The notes beneath the pieces are model-generated. The model made no database searches, was not told where the DNA came from, and worked only from the letters and a program-made list of their open reading frames with translations. Positions 44,768-56,873 of a stretch of DNA of 64,000 nt are shown here, one piece after another. Both the position numbers and the translations under genes were made by a program. Source of the DNA: Eledone cirrhosa. Taxonomy: Eukaryota. The stretch lies in assembly GCA_964016885.1 (NCBI GenBank), contig OZ024749.1, positions 7,936,001 through 8,000,000 on the forward strand. Direction: 5' to 3'. How positions within the stretch are numbered: the first letter of the stretch is position 1; each line of letters begins with the position of its first letter.

Positions 44768-45932
44768 TATACAATTATCAAAGTTGTGTTCAAATCATTT
44801 AATAGCTAACAATCGTTTCTTCCAAACTCTCATTTGGAAGTATCGGAGCATTATCAATGTTTGTACATGTAATTAACCTCCTATTCAGCTGAACAATAAT
44901 ATAGATACATATATATTGATGTTGTGAGCAACAGTTTCGTATTTACAGGGTGGAATGGATGTGACATATATTTTACGAGAATTCTACAAAAATTCAAATT
45001 CAAATTAAAAGCACAGTGGAATACATGCAACAGATAATACAAGAGAATAGTTCAATAATTAAAGAGGCATTGTGAAAGCAACTTTGAGAATGAAAGAGTA
45101 CATTAGCAATACATATGCAGGTGTGTAGAAAGTGCACATGCGTTAGACATACATATGAGAAGGAAATAAGCAAAGGTATGCATATGTAGATAAATACATA
45201 CACTATTTTATGCAAAAATGTAAAATTGTAGTGTATTAAAATCTAAGCTGGACCGTTAAAAAAACTACCTGTTGAACTAATATAGTTCAAGTATATGAAT
45301 ACAATAAGACTAATTTACAATCCATTGCTTTAACTAACTTAAAACATTCAATATAAACATTAACTAAAATATAATTCAACATATCTAATGGAAGAGACTG
45401 CAGTAACTTTATTCTCCTCAACACACAAATTCAGACACTATCAACAAACTACGTTCACCTTAGATTTTAATACACTATTTTTGCATAAAATACAGTATGT
45501 ATTTATCTACATATGCATAACTTTGCTTATTTCCTTCTCATATGCATGTCTAACGCATGTGCACTTTCTACACACCTGCATATGTATTGTAATGCACTCT
45601 TTCTTTCTCAAAGATCCTTTCACAATGCCTCTTTAATTATTGCACTATTGTCTTGTATCATCTGTTGCATGTATTCCACTCTGTGCTTTTAATTTGAATT
45701 TGAATTTTTGTACAATTCTCGTAAAATATATGTCACATCCATTCCACCCTGTAAATATGAAACTGTTGCTCACAACATCAATATATATGTATCTATATTA
45801 TTGTTCAGCTGAATAGGAGGTTAATTATATGTAAAAACATTGATAATGCTCCGATGACTCCAAATGAGATTTTGGAAGAAACGATTATCAGCTATTAAAT
45901 GATTTGAACACAACTTTGATAATTGTATAATT
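44765..45932. repeat. Large inverted repeat (~480 bp arms, ~215 bp spacer)
   Basis: 44765-45247 is the reverse complement of ~45460-45932 with scattered mismatches. Confidence 0.85.
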
Positions 45933-46084
45933 CATTTATATTCCTGCTCTGTAAAACAACTGATGTTCATACATTGAGCTATTTCTCCTACTGGTAATAA
46001 GGTAGTAGGAAAATACTGACCTTCCTGATTATAGATGTTTATACATAACTATAAATAGTATTATTATTATTATTATTATTATTA

Positions 46085-46169
<85 letters not shown>

Positions 46170-46274
46170 TTTTGTGTGTGTGTATATATTTATATATATA
46201 TATATAAATATATATAAATACATACGCATATATACATATATACATACATACATATATGCACATATATACATACA

Positions 46275-47013
46275 TCATGTGGCATGATTTAGTGGTCAAA
46301 ACACTGTAAAATGCAATCCGTAGAAAAGATAGTAAACATTAAAAGCTACAGCAACGTGGAAGACATACATATAAATAATATGAAAGAGTACTGGTGGAAT
46401 GTTCCAGTAAAAACCCCAATAAAATGCAGGCATAACAGACCAGATATAATGATATGGGATAGGGAAAAGAAGGCATGCACAGTAGTGGAAGTTAGCTGCC
46501 CAGCAGATGCCAATATAATATCAAAGATTAGCGAAAAGGAGAATATTTATGCAGAACTGATGAGAAATCTGCAGATATTCCACCCTGATTACACCTTCAG
46601 ATTTATGCCTGTGATTATTGGGGCACTGGGGTATGTTAGTAACTGCTTCAATACAAATCTTGAGAAGCTAGGGTTCACAGTAACAGAAAGAACACAACTA
46701 GTTAGGAAATTACAAGTAGAATCCATTAATGGAACAGTAAAAATATGTAAAACATTCCAAAAATGTTGCATCTAATAACTGCACATACACATGTACAGAT
46801 ACAAAGCGTATGCACATGCACACATACAACTCAAAACATCCACATCCACACATACAATAACATCCATACCTGCACACACATGCATGCATACATGCAGACA
46901 TGCATACATATCTACCTAGTTGATGTGTAAATTCCAATGAGAAAGTCTTGTAACTATGTTAGAAACCGACTCTCTCTATTGGCAAAAATTTGTGAAATCA
47001 TAAAACCAGAAGA
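46275..47013 (+). mobile_element. Third R4-like LINE family, 3' fragment in a (CATA)n-type tract
   Basis: ORF 46311-46775 HNRPDIMIWD..EVSCP..EKENIY..PVIIGALG. Confidence 0.8.
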
Positions 47014-47045
47014 ACATACATACATATATACATGCATACATACGT

Positions 47046-47120
<75 letters not shown>

Positions 47121-47322
47121 AACAAGTAAGACCCCGACGGCTGAGCTCAAGCCGTATCGACGGCTAATTCTTTAGCTAATTCTTTAGACAGAATTAGCCG
47201 TCGAAACGGCTTGAGCTCAGCCCTCGGGGTCTTACTTGTTCCTATTACCCACTCTACTACCCTAAGTATTGAGTACTTTGGTGCGTTATGGTTCACCTGG
47301 TTCCTTACCACATTTCCTTCGT

Positions 47323-47407
<85 letters not shown>

Positions 47408-47722
47408 ACGTATGTATGTGATATGAACATATCAAAGAAAATCAGTAAAAATTAATTTATGAATAAAATCTCAACACAAATGTATGCTACCTCAGGTTTC
47501 AAACTTCCACAGGGATGTGACAGTCATTCTACACCTGCTACAATATATATATATACACATGTGTGTGTTTGTGTGCGTGTGTGTGTGTTAGTATGTGTGT
47601 CTGTGTGTGTGTGTATGCGTGTGTGTGTGTGTGCGTTTGTGTGCGTGTGTGTGTGTGCGTTTGTGTGCGTGTGTGTTTGTGTTTGTGTGTGGTGTATATA
47701 TATACACATGTGTGTGTTTGTG

Positions 47723-47784
<62 letters not shown>

Positions 47785-47928
47785 TATGTGTGTGTGTGCG
47801 TTTGTGTGCGTGTGTGTTTGTGTGCGTGTGTGGTGTATATATATATATACATATATTCATACTTGTGTTGCACTAGGAGTTTATCATATATGTTTATGTA
47901 TGTATTTATGTATGTATATATTTATATA

Positions 47929-47974
<46 letters not shown>

Positions 47975-49209
47975 AGTTTATAGTCACACACATGTATATG
48001 ACATAAGGATGATGATCATAATGATGTTGATGATGATGATAACCATCATCATCATCATCAGGAATATAAACGGTTGTTGGTATATACACCTGTGCTTGTG
48101 TGTATACAGGTGTGTTTATTCTTATTTATAAACGTCTGTTTGCAATTGGTTGTATATGCATTCGTGTATATATGTGTATCTGGTGTGTGTGTGTGAGAAA
48201 GAGAGAGAAAGTATGTGTGTATGCTTTCCTTCTCATGTATCTGTGTGTATTCATATTTGTGAATGTGTTTTTGTGTGTTTACGTGTATGTGCAATTGTGT
48301 ATATATGTGTATCTGGTGAGTATGTGTGTGTGTGTGTGTGTGTATATGTTTCTATATATGTGTGAGTGCGTGTATGTGCTTTCCTTCTTATCTCTTGAAC
48401 ATTATCTTTCCATCTATCTATGAAACTGTCGCGTTCTCAACTGCAAGCCGGAAACGGAAGTATTTATTCATCGTAAAAATATCAACAGCTTTCAAATATT
48501 TATTGACAGGATTATTGCTGAAGGATTTAAAACTAACCAACTTCGTTCTTCGTTTCTCTGATAAACATTTATGATGAAATTTTCTTATTTTTGTTTGTTT
48601 GTGTGTTTTTATTGTTGTTGTTTTCTTCTTTTGCTTTAGCATGCAGTTTAGCACGACATCAAATCACATATATATCACATTCATATCCATATATGCATAG
48701 CCTGCTTCAAAAACGGAGGTCGATACGAGGGGAGATACGGAGTTTTTATGTATAATAAACATACAAGAATTTCGCCATGAATATTATTAATATTAAGCTG
48801 TGATCATGTCACATGAAGACTCCCGTTGTGTGACGCTGAATCTCTCTGAGTGTTAAGTGTGCAGGGGTTTGTGTAAGGTTCAACCATTTAGACCTGAATT
48901 TTACGAGGAGGTGGTTCTGCTGACTGTATCAACTGGAGCAATCGTAGACATAAACGAGGGATGTATATCATTATATATATTTTTACATTCATTTAATTTA
49001 TTGATTTATCGATATTTTATTTGAGTGACCCGAATCTTCCTGGTCGTTCTTTTTCGGCTGCACGGGTGATTTTAGGCATGATCTCTATGTGTTGGTAATT
49101 TAACGATGGTTATAGCTCTGATTTATCCAAATTATTGAGCCCTCTGCCACACATATCGGATATTGTTTATCGTTAATTTGTGAGCTGTTTTTCCGATTCT
49201 CGATTATTC

Positions 49210-49253
<44 letters not shown>

Positions 49254-49496
49254 GTATATCACTGTAAAAAAGAGATTCAGTGTTGCGACGAATGGAATTT
49301 ATTAGACATATTACAGTCGTTTCTCTGGCGACAAGCTCGAGGCACGCTCGATGTGATGATCGAACCTGACTCTGAAAATCTCAAAGTCCTCAGATACGTC
49401 TTGATTCTACGAAGCAAATTTTCCTATCGCGGCCTACCGCATACGGAAGCTTTAAGCATCCAACACCAATTATATATATATATATATATATATATA

Positions 49497-50136
49497 TGAA
49501 TGAAAAATGGCGAGCTGTGTTGTTGCAAATATGATATATATATAATAAAGAATTAGAAATAGAAGCCAGGACTAACCATCATCAGTGGTCTACTGGCGAT
49601 CATAGGTATTTCTTCGCATTACAGACCAGATACCTCCGGCTAGGGCAATACAATAACTAAATTAAGTTATTGGGATAAAAAGAGTTGGGTGGAGAAAGAG
49701 AGACAGGTAAACAAACATGAATGGTGAGGCAACGTAAAGAGAGGAACAAATGAGAAAATGAAGTCAATGATTTATTTTCAACATAAGAACTTGCGAATAT
49801 TGACGAGAAGACGAAGGACACATCTTGGCCGTGCGAATGTGAGCGAGGAAAGAATTTCGTACAGTGTGGGACGATGGAGGAAGTGAGAGAGAGGGTGAGT
49901 AGCAGAGAGTGAGTGAGTGAAAGTTTGAGGAAGAGGCTAGCCGAGAGAGGGTGAATGGCAGAGGGAGTTATTGAAAGTAAGAGGGAGGAGGAGAGAGAAA
50001 GGGGAGAGAGAAAGAGGATAGCAGTAAGGGAAGAGAGAAAGACAGGTCACAGCGAAGGGGAAAGCATATATGAATGAAAAATGGCGAGCTGTGTTGTTGC
50101 AAATATGATATATATAATAAAGAATTAGAAATAGAA
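49497..50136 (-). mobile_element. Retrozyme-like unit with ~65 bp direct repeats (~574 bp period)
   Basis: TGAATGAAAAATGGCGAGCTG...TAGAAATAGAA at 49497 and 50071; GA-rich interior; (TA)n flanks. Confidence 0.65.
49572..49646 (-). ncRNA. Non-circularly permuted hammerhead-like motif
   Basis: Minus: GG-AGGTA-TC-TGGTCT-GTAATGCGAA-GAAA-TACCT-ATGAT-CGCCAGT-AGACCA-CTGATGA. Confidence 0.65.
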
Positions 50137-50154
50137 ACAGAAATATATATATAT

Positions 50155-50490
50155 AAATGTGAAGACTAAAATCAAATCCGAAGAGGGCTCGATAAGGAAA
50201 ATATATATATAAAAATATATGAAACGATAGAGCAAATATTTAATTAAATTGATTAAAGTTTAATCGGTGGGTGAAAGCAGCGATTCTTTACTTAAACATT
50301 AATCTGTTATTTTAATATATATATATTAAAATAACAGATTAATGTTTAAGCAAAGAATCGCTGCTTTCACCCACCGATTAAACTTTAATCTGTTATTTAA
50401 ATAAATATTTGCTCTATCGTTTCATATACTTTTATATATATATTTTCCTTATCGAGCCCTCTTCGGATTTGATTTTAGTCTTCACATTTA
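50155..50490. repeat. Palindrome centred on a (TA)n tract
   Basis: ~160 bp arms; partial relatives at 40520-40580, 50663-50725, 55760-55850. Confidence 0.8.
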
Positions 50491-50509
50491 TTATGATTAT
50501 TATTATTAA

Positions 50510-50609
<100 letters not shown>

Positions 50610-51465
50610 TATATATATATATATTAAAATATATATATATATATTAAAATATATATATATATTAAAATAACAGATTAAAGTTTAAACAAAGAATCGCTGC
50701 TTTCACCCTTAACGGGATCTTCTGAAACAAAAAAAATCAATATGTGAACGCAGAAGTAAATATTCCGAAAAATGTTGCAACCGAAGGAAGACAGGAAGCC
50801 GCTACTTCGGTCGTGGAAACGTTCCTTTGCAAAGAACGAAAAAAAACGAATATAATTCGTCATTATTTGGAGCGCTGAAAACAATTACGCGCAAAGACAA
50901 ATCCACGTTCATGGTATAAATGAAGTCGTCGACTAATATTCTATTAGGTGGTTTGTGGAGACGTTCTCTGGCAATGAACGGAAAAAACGAAGATAATACG
51001 TCATTATGTGGACCGATGAGAACAATAACATCTGATCATTATCGAGTCCTTTTTGGATCTTAGTCTTCAATTTTTTTTATTATTACTATATATATATATT
51101 GGTAAAAGGAAAAAAAAATGCTGACAAATTGTTCCCAGTGAAAAATAGTTTAATTAGGAATAAGCAAAAATTAGTAATAAGTATTGGTTAGTATTCAGTT
51201 TTGGTTTTAAGTTTTTACCGGTTGCGCATTTCTAATGCTTTTCAAAAATAATTTTGAGATAGAGCGTCCGTGATGTTTGCTCTAATCTGATTAGTTTTGG
51301 AAATTCTACCCGTTTTATGTGAAAAAAGTGGCTCCAGATGTATTAAAAAAGTTTCGCGCCTATTCGTGTTGCAAAAATTCTTGTGGTCAAAACAATTTTG
51401 ATTGGTCGGTAGAGGTCATGTGGATGTTACAAATTGATTTTGCGCCAAATGTAGGTTTGTCTCGG

Positions 51466-51526
<61 letters not shown>

Positions 51527-51596
51527 CAAGGAGACAACAAACAGAGGTAGAAAATATCTTATTAGTTTCAAGCTTTATATTGGAAAGATCAAAGAA

Positions 51597-51633
51597 AATT
51601 CGACGTGTCGGGCTTAAGCCCTTCTTCGGGAAT
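51597..51633 (-). ncRNA. Degenerate minimal PLE-type hammerhead
   Basis: Minus: ATTC-CCGAAGA-AGGGCTTAAGCCC-GACA-CG-TC-GAAT; two core substitutions. Confidence 0.5.
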
Positions 51634-51850
51634 ACAAAATAGAGACAGGATCACAAAGTTGAAATAGAAAAACGGTCCGAATAATGACAAAATAACCGAA
51701 AATGAAAAGTGAAAACAGGACAGCCATTAGGTAGTCTTGGTAACGAGTTGGAACGTAAAGTGGTGTGTGTGTCTATATTTGTGTCGTTATAAGCGTGTGT
51801 GTAACACATATGTGATCTTTAAAGGTCTGTTGTGTAAAGTATCAAAGATA

Positions 51851-51881
<31 letters not shown>

Positions 51882-52293
51882 AAATTTCTCAAACCAACGT
51901 GGTATTTCAACCCTCGTAATTTTAGACACACAATTTACTGTGTTTAGTTCTACATGTATTATTATATAATTGTTTCTACTTTAGGCACAAGGGCAGCAAT
52001 AACACAGTACATTACTGGTACTTTATTTTATCGACCCTGTAAGGATGAAAGGCGTATTATTATATAATGCTCAGTATTTATACGTTGAGCTTGTTAATTA
52101 CAAGGTGTGAATATGAGTTAGTAACTCTGTATTTTATTTGTATTTCGGTTCCCTAACTAGGTGGGCTTATAAGTTGGGTGTATTAAGGCTATTATTTTTA
52201 GCATATCCACTCACACCACTTCTAACGTCCAGCGCACGAGGTGAGATATTCATTCGTGTGGATTTTAGTTGTATGTGCTTCTTCCATTTAATC

Positions 52294-52389
52294 TTATCTC
52301 TCGCTGAGGATAGCCTTCGGATTAGCCTACTGTTACAAACACAATTTTCAGGGCAAGCAGATTAAATCTCTAATCTGTCCGAGAGATAA
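52294..52389 (+). ncRNA. Hammerhead-like motif with variant GCAAG core
   Basis: Perfect 10-bp stem I TTATCTCTCG/CGAGAGATAA, CTGAGGA, stem III CAGATTA/TAATCTG then TC; lies between direct repeats at ~51890 and ~52453. Confidence 0.55.
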
Positions 52390-52514
52390 AATAGTTATTG
52401 AGACGGTCTGTATATATATTCTATATCTTCCGTTTACTTCAGGTTGAATTTATCAAACCAATGTGGTATTTCTACACTCGTAATTTTAGACACACAACTT
52501 ACTGTGTTTATTTC

Positions 52515-52571
<57 letters not shown>

Positions 52572-52784
52572 AATGGTGTGGTAAAATACGAGGTGGACCA
52601 TAACCTACCAGAGTACTCGATGCTTGGGGTAGTAGGGTGGGCAATATAAAAAGTTTCAGGAGCCCGACGGCTGAGCTCCGGCCTTTTCGACAGCTAGAAC
52701 CGAACTCCGAGTTCGCATCTAGCTGTCGGAACGGGTGGAGCTCAGCCGTCGGGGTCCTGAAACTTTTCATCCCTCTCGCTCTAA

Positions 52785-52831
<47 letters not shown>

Positions 52832-52992
52832 AGTGTATGTATGTATATAAATATATATATAAATATATATATATGTATATAAACATACATACACACCTAT
52901 ATATATATATATGATGTGTTTCAGAGACGTTTGTGTTGTAATTTTCCTTCATCATCATCAACATTATCTTCATCGTAATCATCACAATCATT

Positions 52993-53028
<36 letters not shown>

Positions 53029-53209
53029 TACACAGTAATCATCTTGATTTGCTTCACATTCATCATAATCTTTTTCTACGCTTCCATCTTCTCCTATTTA
53101 AGTAGCTTCCTGAGATTTACACCGGAAACTCAAGTATTTATCTTCTCTTAGATATCCGATCCTTAAATGATAGTATTCGCTGAAATTTTGATATGAGAAA
53201 AAAATCCAT

Positions 53210-53259
<50 letters not shown>

Positions 53260-53576
53260 GGACAAATGTAGCTTTATACAGGTGTATATATACATGTGTA
53301 AGTACATACATATATGGTAGAAGTTAATTCGTGTTCGATTACTTTCAATACTTCGAAAAATAAATAAGACGTTAGCAAGAACGTGTTATTGATGCTGCTA
53401 GATATATATATGCATACATAGATATATATATACATATATACATATATAGATACATACATATATACATATATACATATTTACATATTTACATATATACATA
53501 CATATATATACATATATACATACATACATATACATACATACATATATATATACATACATATATATAGATATATATT

Positions 53577-53612
<36 letters not shown>

Positions 53613-53636
53613 CATATATATACATACATACGAGTA

Positions 53637-53667
<31 letters not shown>

Positions 53668-53677
53668 GTATGTATAT

Positions 53678-53709
<32 letters not shown>

Positions 53710-53870
53710 ATGTATATATACATATATGTACATATATATACATATATATACATATACATACATATATATATACATACATATATATACATATATACATACA
53801 TACATATATACATAAATATACATATACATACATACGAGTATATATATATATATATACACATACATACGAG

Positions 53871-53994
<124 letters not shown>

Positions 53995-54965
53995 TATATA
54001 CATACATACAAGCATACATACATACATACATACATACATACATACATACATACATACATACATACATACATACATACATACGTGTATATATATATATATA
54101 TAAATATATATATACATATATATTATATATATACATACATATATACATATATATATATACATACAGCCAAACAGGCAGACATACATACCCACATACATAC
54201 ATACATACATACATACATACATACATACATACATACATACATACATACATTCATACATACATACACACATACATACACAGATACACACACACACACACAT
54301 ACATATACACATACATATATACATACATACGCCATTTCTGATTGTTTTGCCAATTCTTTTGATTCCTTGTCTTTGTGTATCAGAGTAATGTGGGTTACGT
54401 AGACATATCAACATGACAAGAGAACTGACACGATTTCTCAGCTGAAGATCTTTCTTTCACAGATATCGTCTGCCTTTGTATGTATGTATATATATATATA
54501 TATATATATATACATACATACAAAGGCAGACGATATCTGTGAAAGAAAGATCTTCAGCTGGGAGAGATGACCCCTTAGCCTTTGTCAAGGCAGAATTCTA
54601 GGAGAAGGAAAACTCTGATATAACACCTGCAACCCTGATGGTATCCAATGATGTTGACTTGTTCTTCTTTTTGGTAAATATCATCTTGGTTAAGAGAGTG
54701 GGACTGGCTTTGTGCAGTGCCTTTGCTCACTATAAAAGCTTCACGGCACAGGCATTGCTTTATATCTGGAGATCTCTCTGCACTTGTCATCACATGGTAT
54801 CATGGGCCCAGCACTAAGTGTCAATAATTGTCACAAGTGTAGTGTTTGTACCAGAGTTTTCAAGTCGCTGGCTGGACTAAAAGTCACACTCGTTCAGCGC
54901 ATCGGTAGGGGTTCTCCTACATGGATATAAAGTAGTGGCCGTACTCGAAAACGAGTTTGCAGCCA

Positions 54966-55019
<54 letters not shown>

Positions 55020-55021
<2 letters not shown>

Positions 55022-55337
55022 GAAAATAGAGAAATTAATTGTTTCTATTTTTTTACACAAGGCCAGCAAATTACCCAGTACATTACTGGTACTTTATTTT
55101 ATCGACCCCGTAAGCATAAAAGGCAAAGTTAACCTCGGCGGGATTTGAACTCATCATAAAGGGACTTAACTCTATGCTTCAAAGCATGGTGTCCGACTCT
55201 ATACTGATACTGCCAATCCACCGCCCCTGAAAATAGAGAAATTAATTGTTTCTACTTTTGGCACAAGGCCAGCAATTACACAGTACATTACTGGTACTTT
55301 ATTTTATCGACCCCGTAAGGATGAAAGGCAAAGTTAT
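55020..55337 (-). mobile_element. Two tandem SINE copies
   Basis: Same SINE core; further pieces at 51968-52053 and 55983-56200 (+). Confidence 0.75.
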
Positions 55338-55460
55338 GTGAGCAAGAAGCCAACAGTATTTCATAATATGTAAGTGACTATAACGTCAACATGGAAAATA
55401 TTTAACGTAAGATATGGGAAAATAATTCAAACTCAATTAAAAAAAAAATATATATATATA

Positions 55461-55718
55461 TACGATATTAAATAAATGGAAACTATATTTATAAAACCAT
55501 ATTTATTTCATTATACATATTTCAGGGATACCAAATTAAAATATGGTATTTTAATTTGGTATCCCTGAAATATGTATAATGAAATTAATATGGTTTTATA
55601 AATATAGTTTCCATTTATTTAATATCGTATATCTACTCCAAAAACTTGTCCAGTGCTTTATATCAGTTATAAAATATTTTTTTGTTGTATCCCAACAATT
55701 TTAAATAGAACTTTTGCA
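55461..55718 (+). mobile_element. PLE-type fold-back module (same family as 8955-9208)
   Basis: ~85 bp arms turning inside HHR stem II; keeps GAAA-TATGTA-TA-ATGAAA. Confidence 0.65.
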
Positions 55719-55880
55719 TATATATATATATATATATATATATAGATATAGATATATTTATTAAAATAAATATTTGCTCTAGGGCTCTTATATATTTGAT
55801 ATATATTTATCCTTATTGAGCCCTCTTTGGATTTTAGTCTTCACATTTATTATTATTAATCTCTCTCTCTCTCTCTCTCA

Positions 55881-55916
<36 letters not shown>

Positions 55917-56229
55917 ACATACACACACATATATATATACATATATGTATATATATATATATATATAATATATTATTATTATTAAAATAAAGAACCAGTA
56001 ATGCACTGGTAATTGCTGGCCTTGTGCCTAAAGTAGAAACAATTATTATTATTATTATTATTATTAGTCAACCTCGGCGGGATCTGAGTTCAAATCCCGC
56101 CGAAGTTAACTTTGCCTTTCATCCTTACGGGGTCGATAAAATAAAGTACCATTAATACACTGGAATAATTGCTGGACTTGTGCCAAAAGTAGAAACAATT
56201 ATTATTATTATCATTACTATACACACATG

Positions 56230-56262
<33 letters not shown>

Positions 56263-56557
56263 ATGTATAATGGGGTGGATAATTGCGTGTGTGTCAGTAG
56301 ATGTGTGTTTTTTTGGGTATCTTGTTTGTGCTTGTGTGAGTGTGCGTGCGTGTGAGTGTGTGTATCTGTGTGTTTGTTACTCTATCTCTGTGTGTGTGTT
56401 TGTAACTAGTTTTTTGTGTGTGCAGATGTCGCGTTGCTACACTCGTTACTGTCTTAGGTTTGAGACATTCGAGAGGAAATGACTAATTTTAGTTTCAGAG
56501 TGAACATTTTCCGTATTTCTTTCGGCTGTTTTACAGAATTCAATATATACACAATTA

Positions 56558-56613
<56 letters not shown>

Positions 56614-56873
56614 TTTCTTTATTAACCACAAGGGTTTACATAAAGTAGACATTAAGGACAGTGCAGGACAATGCAGGACGGTACAAATGGGCATTTCTGC
56701 GTGTAAAAAAACAAAAACAGAGGATGTAACAAAAATAACAATGAAAATAACAATGAAAAATTCCCCAATAGGGGGGAGACTTCGGAGGGACATTTGTGGA
56801 GAAAGCCCAGTAAAAAGCCACAATGACCCTGACCACCAAGGCAAGTGCCCTCTCCCAGTTTTCCACCTTTAGT

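Noticed and set aside
54575-54793. 72-aa minus-strand ORF as a host exon
   Set aside because: No recognisable domain or partner exons
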